64,000 nt of DNA, from NCBI RefSeq assembly GCF_009914755.1, contig NC_060929.1; one strand, 5' to 3'. Source of the stretch: the human T2T-CHM13v2.0 reference genome, Homo sapiens. Below the pieces are notes generated by a model. It was given only the letters and a program-made list of their open reading frames with translations, did not search any database and was not told the origin of the DNA. A program made the position numbers and the translations under genes. Positions 47,201 to 61,711 of this stretch are shown piece after piece (positions within the stretch are counted from its first letter, which is position 1; every line of letters starts with the position of its first letter).

Positions 47201-47425
47201 CCAGCCATGTGGAACTCTGAGTCCGTTAAATCTCTTTTTCTGTGTATATTACCCAGTGTTAGGTATTTCTTCATAGCAGTATGAAAATGGAATAATATAC
47301 ACACCCGTTTATTCTTAGCTTGTTTAGTGTTTTTATTAGGAAAATATTAAATTATACCACACGCCTTTTATGCTTATATCGTGATGACCATGACTTTTTA
47401 GTTTATTCTATTAATACATTCTGAT
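44280..47425 (-). mobile_element. L1M ORF2 fragments split by THE1C provirus
   Basis: ttgcattcccctaatg... to aggttgaaga at 44960, resuming tttattcttagcttgtttagtgtttttatt after 47305. Confidence 0.8.
44968..47300 (+). mobile_element. Full-length THE1C MaLR provirus (LTR 44968-45329, internal 45330-46928, LTR 46929-47300)
   Basis: Two THE1C-type LTRs (ggcagttc(t/c)cctg(g/c)aca...), ~1.6-kb THE1-int, PPT ggagccaggggcagaa; cacac(c) flanks on both sides. Confidence 0.95.
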
Positions 47426-47598
47426 CAGTAACAATTGACAGGATATTTCTAAAGATTTTTCAAATTATGTTTCTGAGATCTAGAAATATGAACCCCTGTA
47501 TATGATCCCTTTGCCTTACCTCTGCCTTTTATCTTAAATGTCCACCTTATCTCAGAGAACATGGGCAGGTTATTCTTGCATTTTCCCTTTCTAACTAA

Positions 47599-47987
47599 TG
47601 TGATGGTTAGATGTATATGTCAAGTTGAGCAAGTCACATGGTGCTCAGATGTTTGGTAAAATATTATCCTGGGTGTTTCTGTGAGGGTGGTTTTGAATGG
47701 TATTAATATTTTAATTGGTAGAATAAAAAAGATTGCCTTCTATAACATGACTGGATCTCGTCCAATCAGATGAAGGCCTGAATAGAACAAATGATTAATC
47801 CTCTCCCAAATAATGGAGAATTCTCCAATGGACTGCCTTTGAACTTCATCTACAATATTGGCTTTTCCTGCCTGCGGGAATTCAACCTGGAACATTGCCT
47901 GTGCTTGACTCCGCAGCTGCTGGCCTACCCTGTAAATTGGACTTACCAACCTCTTTAATCATGTGAGCCAATTCCTTATAATAAATT

Positions 47988-48053
<66 letters not shown>

Positions 48054-48100
48054 CATGTATGATAGTGTTTCTATTTATTTCAAGAAACCTGACCAATACA
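47599..48100 (+). mobile_element. MLT2 (C/D-like) ERVL LTR
   Basis: tgtgatggtta...ccaatcagatgaaggcctgaatagaacaaa...gtgagccaattccttataataaat...cctgaccaataca. Confidence 0.9.
47988..48056. repeat. Compound (CT)n(AT)n(GT)n(GC)n microsatellite
   Basis: Directly visible. Confidence 0.97.
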
Positions 48101-48713
48101 GCTAATAAAGACTCCTCTGAATCATATATTTTTTCCTTTTTATCTCAGCCTCAAAGGTTAATAGGGTACATGGAGATAAGCTTCAGGGAATTTCCAAGTG
48201 ATTATAACCATTATACAGTGCCACACACATTACAGCCCTTCAATAGATTCATATCACTGCTATACTCTTGAGATGAATGCAGTATGGAGATAAATAAAAT
48301 CTAAGCATCCATGTAGTATTCTGTATTAATTTTTTCTTTTTATCTTTTGGTTCACTGGCATTAGAACTTTAATCACATCAACCCAAGAATTCCTGAATGG
48401 GGAACATGTTTCTGTTTGGGAGGGTAATTTCTATACATAAATTGTCTAAAAATAATTATCATTGTTTTCTGAAGTTTGGCCTGGAGATATTTAATGTACA
48501 CACTTACTTTCTCTGGCCATTTCTAGTAATCATATGCAATATACCAATAGTGTGTTAGACTGTTTGCTTCAAATGTATACACTGTCAATAAAACAAAATA
48601 AAACATTTTATGTTATGCTAATTTTCTTCTATGTCTCGGAAACTATGAAATAATATAAATATTGCTCCTCAATGACTTCCTCTTTGGATTCAACACTTCA
48701 TATATTTAGTTTA

Positions 48714-48830
48714 TATTCATTAATTTAACAAAACATTAATGAACAATATGTGTGAGGCCTGGGGTAATGCCTTGGGGAATGGGAATGAAGAGGACAGGCT
48801 CTATTCTCGTCTTCTGGGACATACACAAGA
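48714..48830 (-). mobile_element. L2 3' end fragment
   Basis: attcattaatttaacaaaacattaatgaac...tgtgtgaggcc. Confidence 0.55.
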
Positions 48831-49860
48831 AAGGCTTTGTTATTTGGAGAATAATTTGTGATGATATGATGATTACATGTAAGTACATATTTTTAAAATT
48901 TTGGAATAAAATTGAACTTAAAAATTAGGGGTGGGAAGTGTGATGTTTTAATATTTTTTAAATTGATATTATAAATTAAATCAGGTAATTTTTAAAAATA
49001 TATTAGTAATAGAAGAAAAGACCACAAATATTTTCATTATTTGTATTTTATTAAAGTTTCCACTTGAATATATAATGTGTTCATCTTTTTAATAGATAAA
49101 ACATACCTAATTTTTTTTAAAAAAAATATTCCCTTTGTTTCTCTGCTTGCACTGATTATGACTATAATATTCTAATATATTCTGACTGACTCATTATATT
49201 GGTGTATAGTTTCTGTCATAGTTATACTAATGGATATAAACGTAAATATATATTTATAGATTTGACTATGCATGCACAAAACAAACACAAAACTCACATT
49301 TCTTTGAGGTCAGGCTTGAGTATATTAATATTTATTAAAACTAAATGTTATAGAAATTTCTATAAGTTATGATTGTGATTACTTAACCTTTCCTGAAATG
49401 TAAGTAATAAGTAAATGTTTTAAAATGCCTTTATTTATAAATTTTCTGCAGGGATTTTTATTGATTTTTTTCACTGGAGAAAAATGCAGAATCAAATTCA
49501 ACATCGTGGGGTCAGATAACGTGTTTGGGCTCAAAATGCACCATGAATCAAACATAGTTCATATACAGTGAACATTACATTTCATACGAGTAAACATAAT
49601 TTGTTAAGGCAGAAAGTTAGATGCCTCTATTTCTTTGCCTGAGATTAGTGAGGGAGAAAAAAAGAAAGAAGAGGAGGGGGAGAAAGAAGGCAAGAATGAA
49701 GGGAAGAAGTAAGGAAAAAAACAAGATAATGAAAGAAGAAAGCATAGAAGAAAGGAAGGAAGACAGACAATTTTATGTTTGAAGTATAGTGGGTAACTTT
49801 GTTTACTTTTCTAGACAGGAAACTTGAGGGTGGAAGGAATTATTCTCGTTTACTTGCTGA

Positions 49861-50276
<416 letters not shown>

Positions 50277-53092
50277 GGAGAGTACTGTATTTTAAATCAA
50301 CCATAAATTTTCTTTGCTCATGATTTAAAAGGTTTAGATATATAATTATTTCTAATTAATATCATGAATTTTAAAATATAATTAAATCTATAAATTTTAA
50401 ACTTATACTATATCATCTATTCTATTTATAAGTCTAGAAAATTTCAATAGGTCTTTGATAATGTTTGTTCACACTTGAAAACATAAATACATTAAAACAT
50501 TTCAAACTGCATTTATACATTTACTAAGTTTGGTTTCCATTTCAAATACTTTTATTAGATGGATTAACAAACACAATTTTGTTAAGTAGTAAATAACAAA
50601 AACAAGAAATGTTAAACATAACTTTAGAACAAGGTAATATCATGACTCATACAGATATAAAAAATGAATGAATGTTAAAAGCTATATTCTACTCATTAAT
50701 CAATGAGGGAACCACATAGATTATGTAACTTGTTCAAGAAGAATCTAAAGAAGAGTTACATTTATAGATCAAGAATATTGAAATGCCCGTTTGGTTGAAG
50801 GCAAACTGATTTTTGCACATCAGAGAGGGGAGTCTATTAAATTTCTACTGCATAGAACATATTTGAATGTCTGTAATTTATTTACTATATACAGAATTAG
50901 AAACTTGTACAAAGGCAATGAAAGGCTAGATTAGATAATCTCAAGAGGTATTCTCTAGACAAATCACAGTTTTCCATTGAAGTACATAATATTTTTTCAA
51001 AAATTAAATATATGTATACCGTGAATATTAGTCGCTTAAATACTGTGATGTTGAATAAAATTTAGTGCTCTTATAATGTAGAGCACTATGCCTAAAGTAG
51101 TTATTCAATTATACATTTTATTTTGATGTAGTGAAGCTGTCACTTAGGTCAAATCATCTTAAAAATTATAAGTGAATACAAAGCCAAAATGTTTATAAAT
51201 ATCTCCTGAACACAAAAATGTTTACTATAACTTAATAATAGTCAGTAATATATTACCATTTCTAGATTAAATTCCAAATCTTCTGAGGTTGAAAGTGCTT
51301 CTCTGAGGAATACAATAATAGAAACTGTAGCTGATGTGCGGAGACCTGGGTTTGCAGAAATATGGGCAATTCCTTGCTCCAACAACTACAGAAACTCTTA
51401 GACCAATTCCAGCAATGTTTAGGGAATCTACTTCACATGACCAATGTTCTAACTGAACAGAATATGTAGAATAAAAAAAAATCCCTCTAGGGTAGCTTCT
51501 TATGCAATGAATTGGACATAATGATATTAATAATTCTGAATTACTGAAAAAAGATAGTAGCAATATTATAAAAAGTAAAGTTAAAAAAATTAGTCCATGT
51601 CTCTGGAGTCAAGTTTAAGCAAATTATAGAGGAGAATTTCAAAAGTCCTTGTGGAGATATTTGAATGTATGTCTTCAATGTGATTTTTTTTACCTTACAT
51701 ACTCTCACCTATCCCCCACCCGAAATGTCAGTGAAACCTAAATATCGGTTCTTCAATTCTATTATTCCTATCTTCCTGCTCTGATGTATACTGTCTGTTG
51801 TAGTAAAAGGGATTTTGACAGGAAACACCAGTTAAATTAAGGTTGATGAAAATTATATTTTCAATTGCAGAAAATAAAGACAAAATAAACTTTGGAGAAA
51901 AAAATTACAAATTAAATATTTAAGATAATATTTAAGACATTGATTTATGAATGGTGATCTTTAAGAAAAAAATTTAATTAAAACGTTTTATTTTGTAACT
52001 GTGTTACATTCTGCATTAATTTTTGTTGTCCTAAATTATACACTGGAATCTTAGCTAGTTAGATCATTTCTTTTTATTAAATAGCTGTAACAGTATTTTA
52101 AAAGAAGAGATGGATCCACCTAATCTGGAGCTTATTACTGTTAAAATAAACACCCATGCACTGTTATATATTTGGTTTCTAGTAGTACTCAACACTGTAA
52201 ATTGGGTGGCATATATTTAATATCATGAAATTTAATGGAAAATTATACTGATAATTGAAAATGTATAACAGTGATATATTTCTATATATTGAATATATGT
52301 AACAATAGTAATGAAGAAATAACAAGACCTTAAAGGTATTCAAAACCTGTGTTTATTTGAAAAAAAAAACATTGGTAAGAAAATGATTAGAAATATATGA
52401 ACAATATATATATTTGAGAGAAGAAACTGCTTAAGAGTGTTATATAATAAAAAAGATGTAATATTACTAGTTAATGAAGTATTTAGTTAAAGCAAAATAT
52501 TTAATAGAGAGAGAGAGGAGAAGATGGCCAATTAGATGCAACCAGGAAGTGCCTTTTCCCCTGAGAGAGATGAAAATTTCTAGTAAATCAACATGATTTG
52601 AACAAATCTTTGGAGAAAAATAAAAAGAAAAGCCAAGAGTATAGGGAGTATATACAGAACACTTCACCCCAAAACCACAGAATATACATCTTTCATATCT
52701 ACACAAGAACATACCCTAAGTTTGATCACATGCTTATGACCATAAAGTAACTCTCAATAAATTAAAACAAAATCGAAATACATCAAGTATAATCTCAGAC
52801 CACAATTTAATAAAAATCGAAATCAATATCAAGAAGATCACTCAAAACTACACAAATTCATGGAAATTAATCAACTTGCTTCTGAATAACTTGTCAGTGA
52901 ACATCAAAATTAAGGTAGAAATAAAAACTTTTTTGAAATTAATGAAAATGGGCACACAACTTGCCAAAACCTCTGGGATATAACTAAAAGCAGTCTTAAG
53001 AGGAATTTTTACAGCACTAATCACCTTCATCCAGAAGTTAGAAAGATTTCAAATTAATAGTCTAACTAAAGGTAGTATAAAATGTAAAGGTT

Positions 53093-53348
<256 letters not shown>

Positions 53349-55278
53349 AACTAAAGGAAACTAAAAGAACCAAAAAAAAAAAAAAAAAGGAAAATTCAAA
53401 CCCAAAGCTAGGAGAAGAAAAGAAATAACTAAAATTAGAAAAATGCTGGAGAAAATTGGGATGTAAAAATTCATATGAGAGATCAATGAAACAAAGAGCT
53501 GGTTCTCAAAAAAAATCAAGATTGATAGACTGCTAGGTAGATTAACAACAAAAAAAGAGAAGATACAATGAAATACAATAAAAAATGACAAAGATGACAT
53601 TATAGCTGATCCCACAGAAATACAAAAGAGCCTCAGAGAGTGCTATGAAGAACTGTATGCACACAAATTAGAATATCTAGAGGAAATGGATAAATTACTG
53701 GAAACACCAAATATCCCAATATTATATTAGGAATAAACTGAAACATCAAACAGACTAATTTTGAGTTCCAAATTCAAACTAGTAATAAAAAACCTATTAG
53801 CCAAAGAAAGCCCTGGATCAGATGAATTAATAGCTGAATTCTACCAGACATACAAAGAAAACTTGTTCCAAGAAATATGTGCCAACTGAACATATTCCAA
53901 AAAATCAAGGCGGAAGGACTCCTCTGTAACTCATTCAAGAAGCCAAAATCAGCATGATGCCAAGCTCTGGCAGAAATACAATAGAAAAAGAAAGCTTCAG
54001 TCTAATATTCCTAATGACCTTAGACACAAAAATCCTCAACAAAATCCCAGCAAACAGAATCCAGCAGAACATCAAAAAGTTAATACACCACGATTAAGTA
54101 GGCTTTATTCCTGGAATGCAAAGCTGATTCAACACACCAATCAATAAATGTGATTCAACACATAAACAGAATTCAAGGCAAAAGTTATGTGATCATCTCA
54201 ATAGAACCAGACCAGGCTTTTGATAAAATCCAACATTCCATCATGATAAAAACCCTTAACAGACTAGGCACTAAAGGAACATACTTCAAAATAATAAGAG
54301 CCATCTATGGCAAACCCACAGCCAACATTATACTGAATGAACTAAAGCTGGTACCATTCACTTGAGAACTGAAACAGGAAAAGGATGCCCACTCTCACCA
54401 CTCCTATTCAACATAATACTGGAAGTCCCAACCACAGCAATCAAGCAAGAGAAAGAAATAAACAGCATCCAAATAGAAAAAGAAGACAAGAACTATCTCT
54501 CTTTGCTGATTATGTAATTCTATACTTAGAAAACCCCAAAGACTCTGCCAAAAGACACCAATATCTGATAAATGACTTTAGTTTCAGGATAAGAAATCAA
54601 TGTACGAAAATCAGTAGCATTTCTATACACCAATAACATCCAGACTGAGTCAAATCAAGAACAAATCCCATTTACAATAGCCCCAAAGAAAACAAAATAC
54701 TTAGGGATACAGTTAACCAAGGAGGTGAAAGAACTCTAAAACACAAACAACAAAACACTACTGAAAGAAGTCAGAGATGACACAAATAAATGAAAATATA
54801 TTCCATCTGATTGACTGGAAGAATCGATATGATTAAAATGGCCGTCTTGCTCCAAGTGATGTACAGATTCAATACTATTCCTATCAAACTATCAACATCA
54901 TTCTTCAATCAGTTAGACTAAAACTATTCTAAAATATATATGAACCCCCCCCCCCAAAAAAAAGCCAGAATAGCCAAAGAAATCCTAAGGAAAAAGAACA
55001 AAGCTGAAGGCATCACATTATCCAATTTCAAACTATACTATAATGCTGTAGTAACCAAAACAGCATGGTACAGTTACAAAAGCAGGTACATAGACCAGTG
55101 GAACAGAATAGAAAACTCAGTAATAAAGCTGTACACCTATGACTATCTGGTTTTTAACAAGTTGGACAAAAGCAATGGGAAAAGGACTACCTAGTTAATA
55201 AATGGTGCTGAGATAACTGGTTGGCCATATGCAGAATAAAGAAACTGGATCATATACAAAAATTAACTCAAGATAAAG

Positions 55279-55900
55279 TTCAACCATTGTAGAAGACAGT
55301 GTGCGATTCCTCAAGGATCTAGAACCAGAAATACCATTTGGCCCAGCAATCCCATTACTGGGTATATACCCAGTGGATTATAAATCATTCTACTATAAAA
55401 ACACATCCACATGCATGTTTATTACAGCACTATTTACAATAGCAAAGATTTGTAACCAACTCAAATGCCCATCAAAGATAGACTGATAAAGAAAATGTGG
55501 CACATATACACCATGGAATACTGTGCAGCCATAAAAAGGAATGAGATCATGTCCTTTGCAGGGACATGGATCAAGCTGGAAGCCATCATTCTCAGCAAAC
55601 TCACACAGGAACAGAAAACCAAACACAGCATGTTCTCATTCATAAGTGGAAGTTGAACAATGAGAACACATGGACACAGGGAGGGGAACAACACACATCA
55701 GGGCCTATGGAGGTGTCGGGGGCAAGGAAAGGGAGCGCATTAGGATAAATGCCTAATGCATGTAGGGATTAAAACATAGATGACAGGTTGATAGGTGCAG
55801 CAGCAAACCACTATGGCACATGCATACCTATGTAACAAACCTGCACATTCTGCACATGTATCCTGGAACTTAAAGTAAAATAAATAAATAAATAGAGATT
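55279..55900 (+). mobile_element. L1PA7/8-like 5'-truncated 3' end nested in older L1
   Basis: gattcctcaaggatctagaaccagaaataccattt...tgtatcctggaacttaaagtaaaataaa; TSD attaactcaag(a/g)taaag. Confidence 0.93.
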
Positions 55901-56464
55901 TAAAACATTAACTCAAGGTAAAGATTTAAATGTAAGACATCAAACTACGAAAACCTTAGAAGAAAACGTAGGAAACATCCTTCTGGATTTCCACCTTGAC
56001 AAATAATTTTTGGTCATGTTACCAAAAGTAATAGCAACAAAAACAAAAATTGACATGTGGAATCTAATTAAACTAAACTAAAGAGCTTCTTCAAAGAGGA
56101 AGTGAAAATATTCACAAACTATGCATCTGACAAAGGACTGCTATCCAGCAACTATAAAAAAGTTTTCAATATGGTATTTAATATTCATTCTGTTTTTAAA
56201 TAAAAATAATTCAACTCATAGAACTAACTATGCATAAAGTACATTTATCAACCTGTGTTTTAATATTATTGTATTAGGGCATAAAGTAGATAATGATATA
56301 AAAAATGAATCTCACCAAGAGTATTTTAACACTTTAGGGGCTATATGTTAAAAAAAATTGAGAAACAACATTTATGCACTAAAATGTACAAATCTTTTAA
56401 AAATTTCATTGTGCTAAGAACATTTAACATGAGTTATACTCTCAACAGATATCTATCGATCTAT

Positions 56465-56469
56465 TTATA

Positions 56470-56523
<54 letters not shown>
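56465..56523. repeat. (TA)n microsatellite in Alu tail
   Basis: Directly visible. Confidence 0.97.
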
Positions 56524-56917
<394 letters not shown>

Positions 56918-57339
56918 TAGGCACAATGTTGTACAGCAGATCTCTAGGATTTATTCATTGTTCACAAATGAAATTTTATACCCTTAGCAACTCCTCATTT
57001 CCCCTACCCTTAGCCCCTGGCAATCCTTCTACTATTTTTGGCTTCTATGAGTTTGCCTATTTTAGATAACTCATATAGGTGGAATCATGCAGTATTTGTT
57101 CTTCTATGACTGGCTTACTTCACTTACAATGATGTCCTCAAGATTCATCCATGTTGTTGCATATTGCAGGATTTCCTTCCATTATAAATCTGAACAATAT
57201 TTCATTTTATACATTGAAAATATGTATGTGTAATATGCATAAAACACCATATTTTAATTCATTCATTTGTGAACATTTAGATATTTTCATATTTTATATC
57301 TATCCTGAATAATGTTAAAATGTGCAAATATTAACCATC

Positions 57340-57810
57340 ATTTGAATGAATTTTTATATTTGCAAACATTCAGGTAACCATCAAACATATCAGGATTTAG
57401 AACAGTCCCAGCATATAAAAGTTTGTTCCAGCCTGTTTCCAGTCATTTCTTTTCCAGACAAATAACCACTATTCTGACTACTGTTAGTATAGATTAGTTT
57501 TTTTTATTTACAATCTTCCTATAACTGGAATCACAAATATGTACTCTCTTGCTTATTGCTACTTTGTCTGTTGAATAAAGTCATTAGAGTCATCCCTTTT
57601 TTTGCATACTGTTATAGGCTGATTCTTTTCTATTTGTTTTATGAAACATGCTGTGGTAAATAATTTAGCTCATACATTTTTTGCTACAAATATATTGTAT
57701 AGTTTCACAAAAGGACAACTTACAGGTCAAATGATAAAACATTGTTTAAGTCTCATGATAAATGGTTTTAGAATGTTGATATCAATTTATACCCACACTG
57801 AAAATATATT
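57340..57810 (-). mobile_element. L1ME/MC 3' fragment
   Basis: ataaccactattctgact...atagattagttt...ataactggaatcacaaatatgtactct. Confidence 0.7.
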
Positions 57811-57821
57811 TTGTGACTGTA

Positions 57822-57825
<4 letters not shown>

Positions 57826-57860
<35 letters not shown>

Positions 57861-57912
57861 TGAGGGAAGGACGGAGGGAAGTCAGGGAGAGAGATAGAGA
57901 GAGAGAGAGAGA
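57826..57912. repeat. (TG)n and (GA)n microsatellites
   Basis: Directly visible. Confidence 0.95.
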
Positions 57913-57985
57913 ATCCTTAAATTGTTTCCATAGTTTTATGTTGTATAGTACTCATGAGATATAAACTTGTTGAAGTTTGTAACTA

Positions 57986-58414
57986 CAGTTGACTCAAACA
58001 ACATGAGTTTGAACTACATGGTTCATTAATATGCAGATTTTCTTCTGTCTCTGCCAACACTGAGACAGCAAAACCAACCTTTCCTCTTCTTCCTCCTCTT
58101 TAGCCTATCCAATATGAAGTCGATGAGAATGAAGACTTTTATGATGATCCACTTCTACTTAATAGATAATATATTTTCTCTTTCTTATTTTTTCTGCCTT
58201 ACATTATTGTAAAAATACAGTATATATTACATATAGCATATAAAGTATGTGCTAACTGGCTGTTTATATTACTGATGAGGCTTCCAGTCAACAGTAGGCT
58301 ATTAATTATTAAGATTTTGGAGAGTCAAAAGTCATACGTGAATTTTCAACTGTATGGCGGGGATGGTCAGTGGCCCTAAAACCCACTCACACCACATTGC
58401 TTAACGGTCAACTG
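57986..58414. mobile_element. Tigger2a/MER28-like non-autonomous DNA transposon
   Basis: TA|cagttgac...gtcaactg|TA terminal inverted repeats with TA target duplication; tgagacagcaaaaccaacc, tatgatgatccacttc. Confidence 0.92.
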
Positions 58415-61400
58415 TATATCTTTCTTTCTTTTGTATTCTCCTATCTCCTTTTCTAAAATATTCAGTAGTAGGCACACATTGAGTATTTGCTTTTGAATGT
58501 CTCAGGAAATAACTGATGAAATACAGTACGATTTTTAAGTTTGAGTGCCTCTTTATAAATGAAAGCTGAAATAAGAAATCTGGCTGTAACTATGCTAGAC
58601 TGAGAAGGATAACTGAAGCACAGTCACTTAATGGTTGCATATTATGTGTTTATCATTTGTGACTCCAGGTTTCTCTCTACAGGCAATATTAGCCTGTGTG
58701 TTTAAATTGTTTCTTTATTATAAGGAAGTGATTAAAAATTCTGCTGAGCTTTGAAGCAGTGATCTGGAGATAGAAAAAGCAAGAGATTTGAAAACATTAC
58801 TGAGGGATTATAAATATCTAATAATAATAAACTGGTCTGTAATTAACTCTATGGGAGTTAGAGAATAACATTACAGTGTTAGAATAAACAAAAGACTACA
58901 CTACAGCAATACATTCTTTTTAAATATAAGCATTTCCTAAGGACAAATTCAATGTCATCTTTTTCCCATTGTGACATTTTTGTTTGTAATACATTATTTT
59001 CCTTTATTTTTCTAGCTTATTTTCTAGTTTAACTATGATTGAACTAACTAGAATGCTCCTGATACCTAATTAATATAAGACCTCTTGATATAATGATAAA
59101 TTTGTTCCAAAATCTACATTGATATCCTTTAGTTTCATTTGCCCTAGGTTCATAATTAGATTATGTAATAATCTGAAGTAATATTGTATGATCGTGATAA
59201 CTTAATTTTCAAGTTATCAACAAATAAATTATCAAGTATATTATTAGAAGACAGCACATTGGTAATAAATGCTATGTACTGGATAGCACTAATTTATAGG
59301 ATATGAAGATTAACAATAGGTAAGAATTTAGAATCCATAATTTTTTACAAGTCAGAGCTGATAATTTTATGTTGAAAAGAATTTCCAAGCTATATGGTAA
59401 TCATTGTTAACTTTTAACCTAGTATTTCATAGGGATAGGCTACTTAAATAAATTATAATTGCCATATTTTATAGAAGAAAGATATTTTATTTGGGACACT
59501 GAAATTGTTGACAATTAATTTGGTTTTGTAGTATTAACAGTTTTTACCTTTTGCCTTATTTTGTATCAGCTGAATTAAATTTAGACCTTAGAGAACATTT
59601 AATGCAATATTGCATCTTGTACATGTAAATTCTCCTTCAAAGTAACATCTCCTTTCACTATTTGTTGATGGTCTATTGTACCAAGGCATGATATTACAAA
59701 ACTATAGCATAAACTAGTCTTTTAGACATGAAACTGCCCACTAAGTTTGCCTATTATGTGAAAGCATAATCCCTCAAAATAAGTTCCTTTATTGCTGCAA
59801 ATGCTAGAATAAAAATACACTGAATCTTACAAAATGCAAAGCTCTTAAAAGAGTTTAGGGGCACTGCTTTAGTGTGGGTTTACCGTATCCGTACTTATTT
59901 TATCTTAGCTAAATTCTGATTGTCTATATAAGTGTTTCCCAAACAGGCTTCTAATAACCATTTGAACAATTTTGCATTTAGTATATAGCATCTTTATTCT
60001 TCATTATTTAACTTGTTAGTAGACTTAATCAATCTGCTTTTTAAATTTTTAAATTTTGCCTCATACTTGCCAATACTGTCCCTGAAACGAAATCCCTGGC
60101 TTCATGGACTAGACATATTTTTTCCGTATGTGCATTGAACATAAACATGTTAAGTAAGTAAAAGTACAAATGGTACACAGAAAGAGCAAAATTGTTCAAA
60201 TGTCAATTAAAGGCCTATTTGGGAAACACTCATCTAGACAATCACAGTTTAGTTAAGGTAAAATTAATATGAATACACAAAAACTACACCAAAGCAGTGA
60301 CACTAAACTATTTCAAGAGTTGTGCATTCTAAGCTCAGTGAATTCTCATTCCAGTATTTGCAGCAATAAAGGGATTTATTTTGAGACAGGATACTTTCAC
60401 CTTATAGCCCACTTTAGTAGGCAATTTCAGGTCTAAAGGACAGGTCTATAGGACAGGTCTATGACATAGTTTTATAGTGCCAGGTATTAACATATTAACA
60501 TACATGTATATATTCATATACCACCAAAAACTATTTTGAAAACCATGACAAGTATGAAGACCTACAATAGAAAATGCTGTCCTGCATGGCTGTTGTATTG
60601 GGATAAGAGTTAATAATGGAACATGATATATAGGTAAATTACAGAATTTTGGTACTTTATGCATTTGAAAAGTAAAGTCTAGATGTAGACCAAATATAAG
60701 ATGTTCCTAGTTTAAAAAATGAATCAGAAAGTATATTCCAAATTCAAAATTTAGCCTTAAGATAGACCTGAATATTCAAACGTGGTGCTTTCGTTTAAAA
60801 GAATGAAATATCTTACCTTTATACCTAGAGCCAAACAGTTGATAAGGTTGAAAGTATATAGCTACTTAACTTCTTGTGTTTTACAAATATTTTTGCTTTG
60901 GGGCTTCTATTCAGGAGAGGAAGAAAATTCTAGAAAGATGAAAAGCCATTTTTAATGCATTTTTTTCATCTGACTACAAGCAGAAGTACATATTAAAAAT
61001 TAAATTAAAGTAGTACACAGAAGCATATTCCATCTTGGTTCCACTCTCAATTTGTGAGGTCTATATGAGTTTGTGTAGTTGTATAGAAATTACTGTTTTT
61101 CCTTTCTCATACACTGTGAAAGAGAACATTTGATTATTGACAGAAAAAAACACATATTCTTGAATTGAGATGAGAAATATATGCAAATATAATTAATTTA
61201 CTTTATTTCTGACAAATAAGCATTTATTCCCAAATTGGTAAAGCAAATTCTGAACTTTACTTAGATATAGTTTATGTATTATATAATGTAATTTAATGTT
61301 ATAAATTTAATGCATTTTCCACAATCACCTTGATAGTGATGAACTGTGATTCTTTTTCATTGTAAAATGACCCAAAATAATTAGGTCAAACAGAGCCATT

Positions 61401-61711
61401 AGGTTTTTCTAGTTTACTACAATAATTAGATACAGGTAAGTATTATTGCTTTTCCACCACAGTCTTATTCACAGAGCAATTTCCTGACAATTTTGCAACA
61501 CATGCACATACAAACTTTAGCATGTGTCGGCGGGGGGGGTGAGAAGCAGGAACACACTATAAATATAGTCATACAACATTTTTGGTAGAAGTTCACGAAG
61601 TCCTAGCTGTCTACTATTTTCAATTTTCTGATTAAAATTTTCATTAAATGTCCAATCATTGAAATTAGGTCTATTAGGGATTAAATTTATAATGTCAGCT
61701 ACAAAAATACA

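Noticed and set aside
51362-51469. Short ATG ORF MGNSLLQQLQKLLDQFQQCLGNLLHMTNVLTEQNM
   Set aside because: 35 aa, with no promoter, splice or homology support
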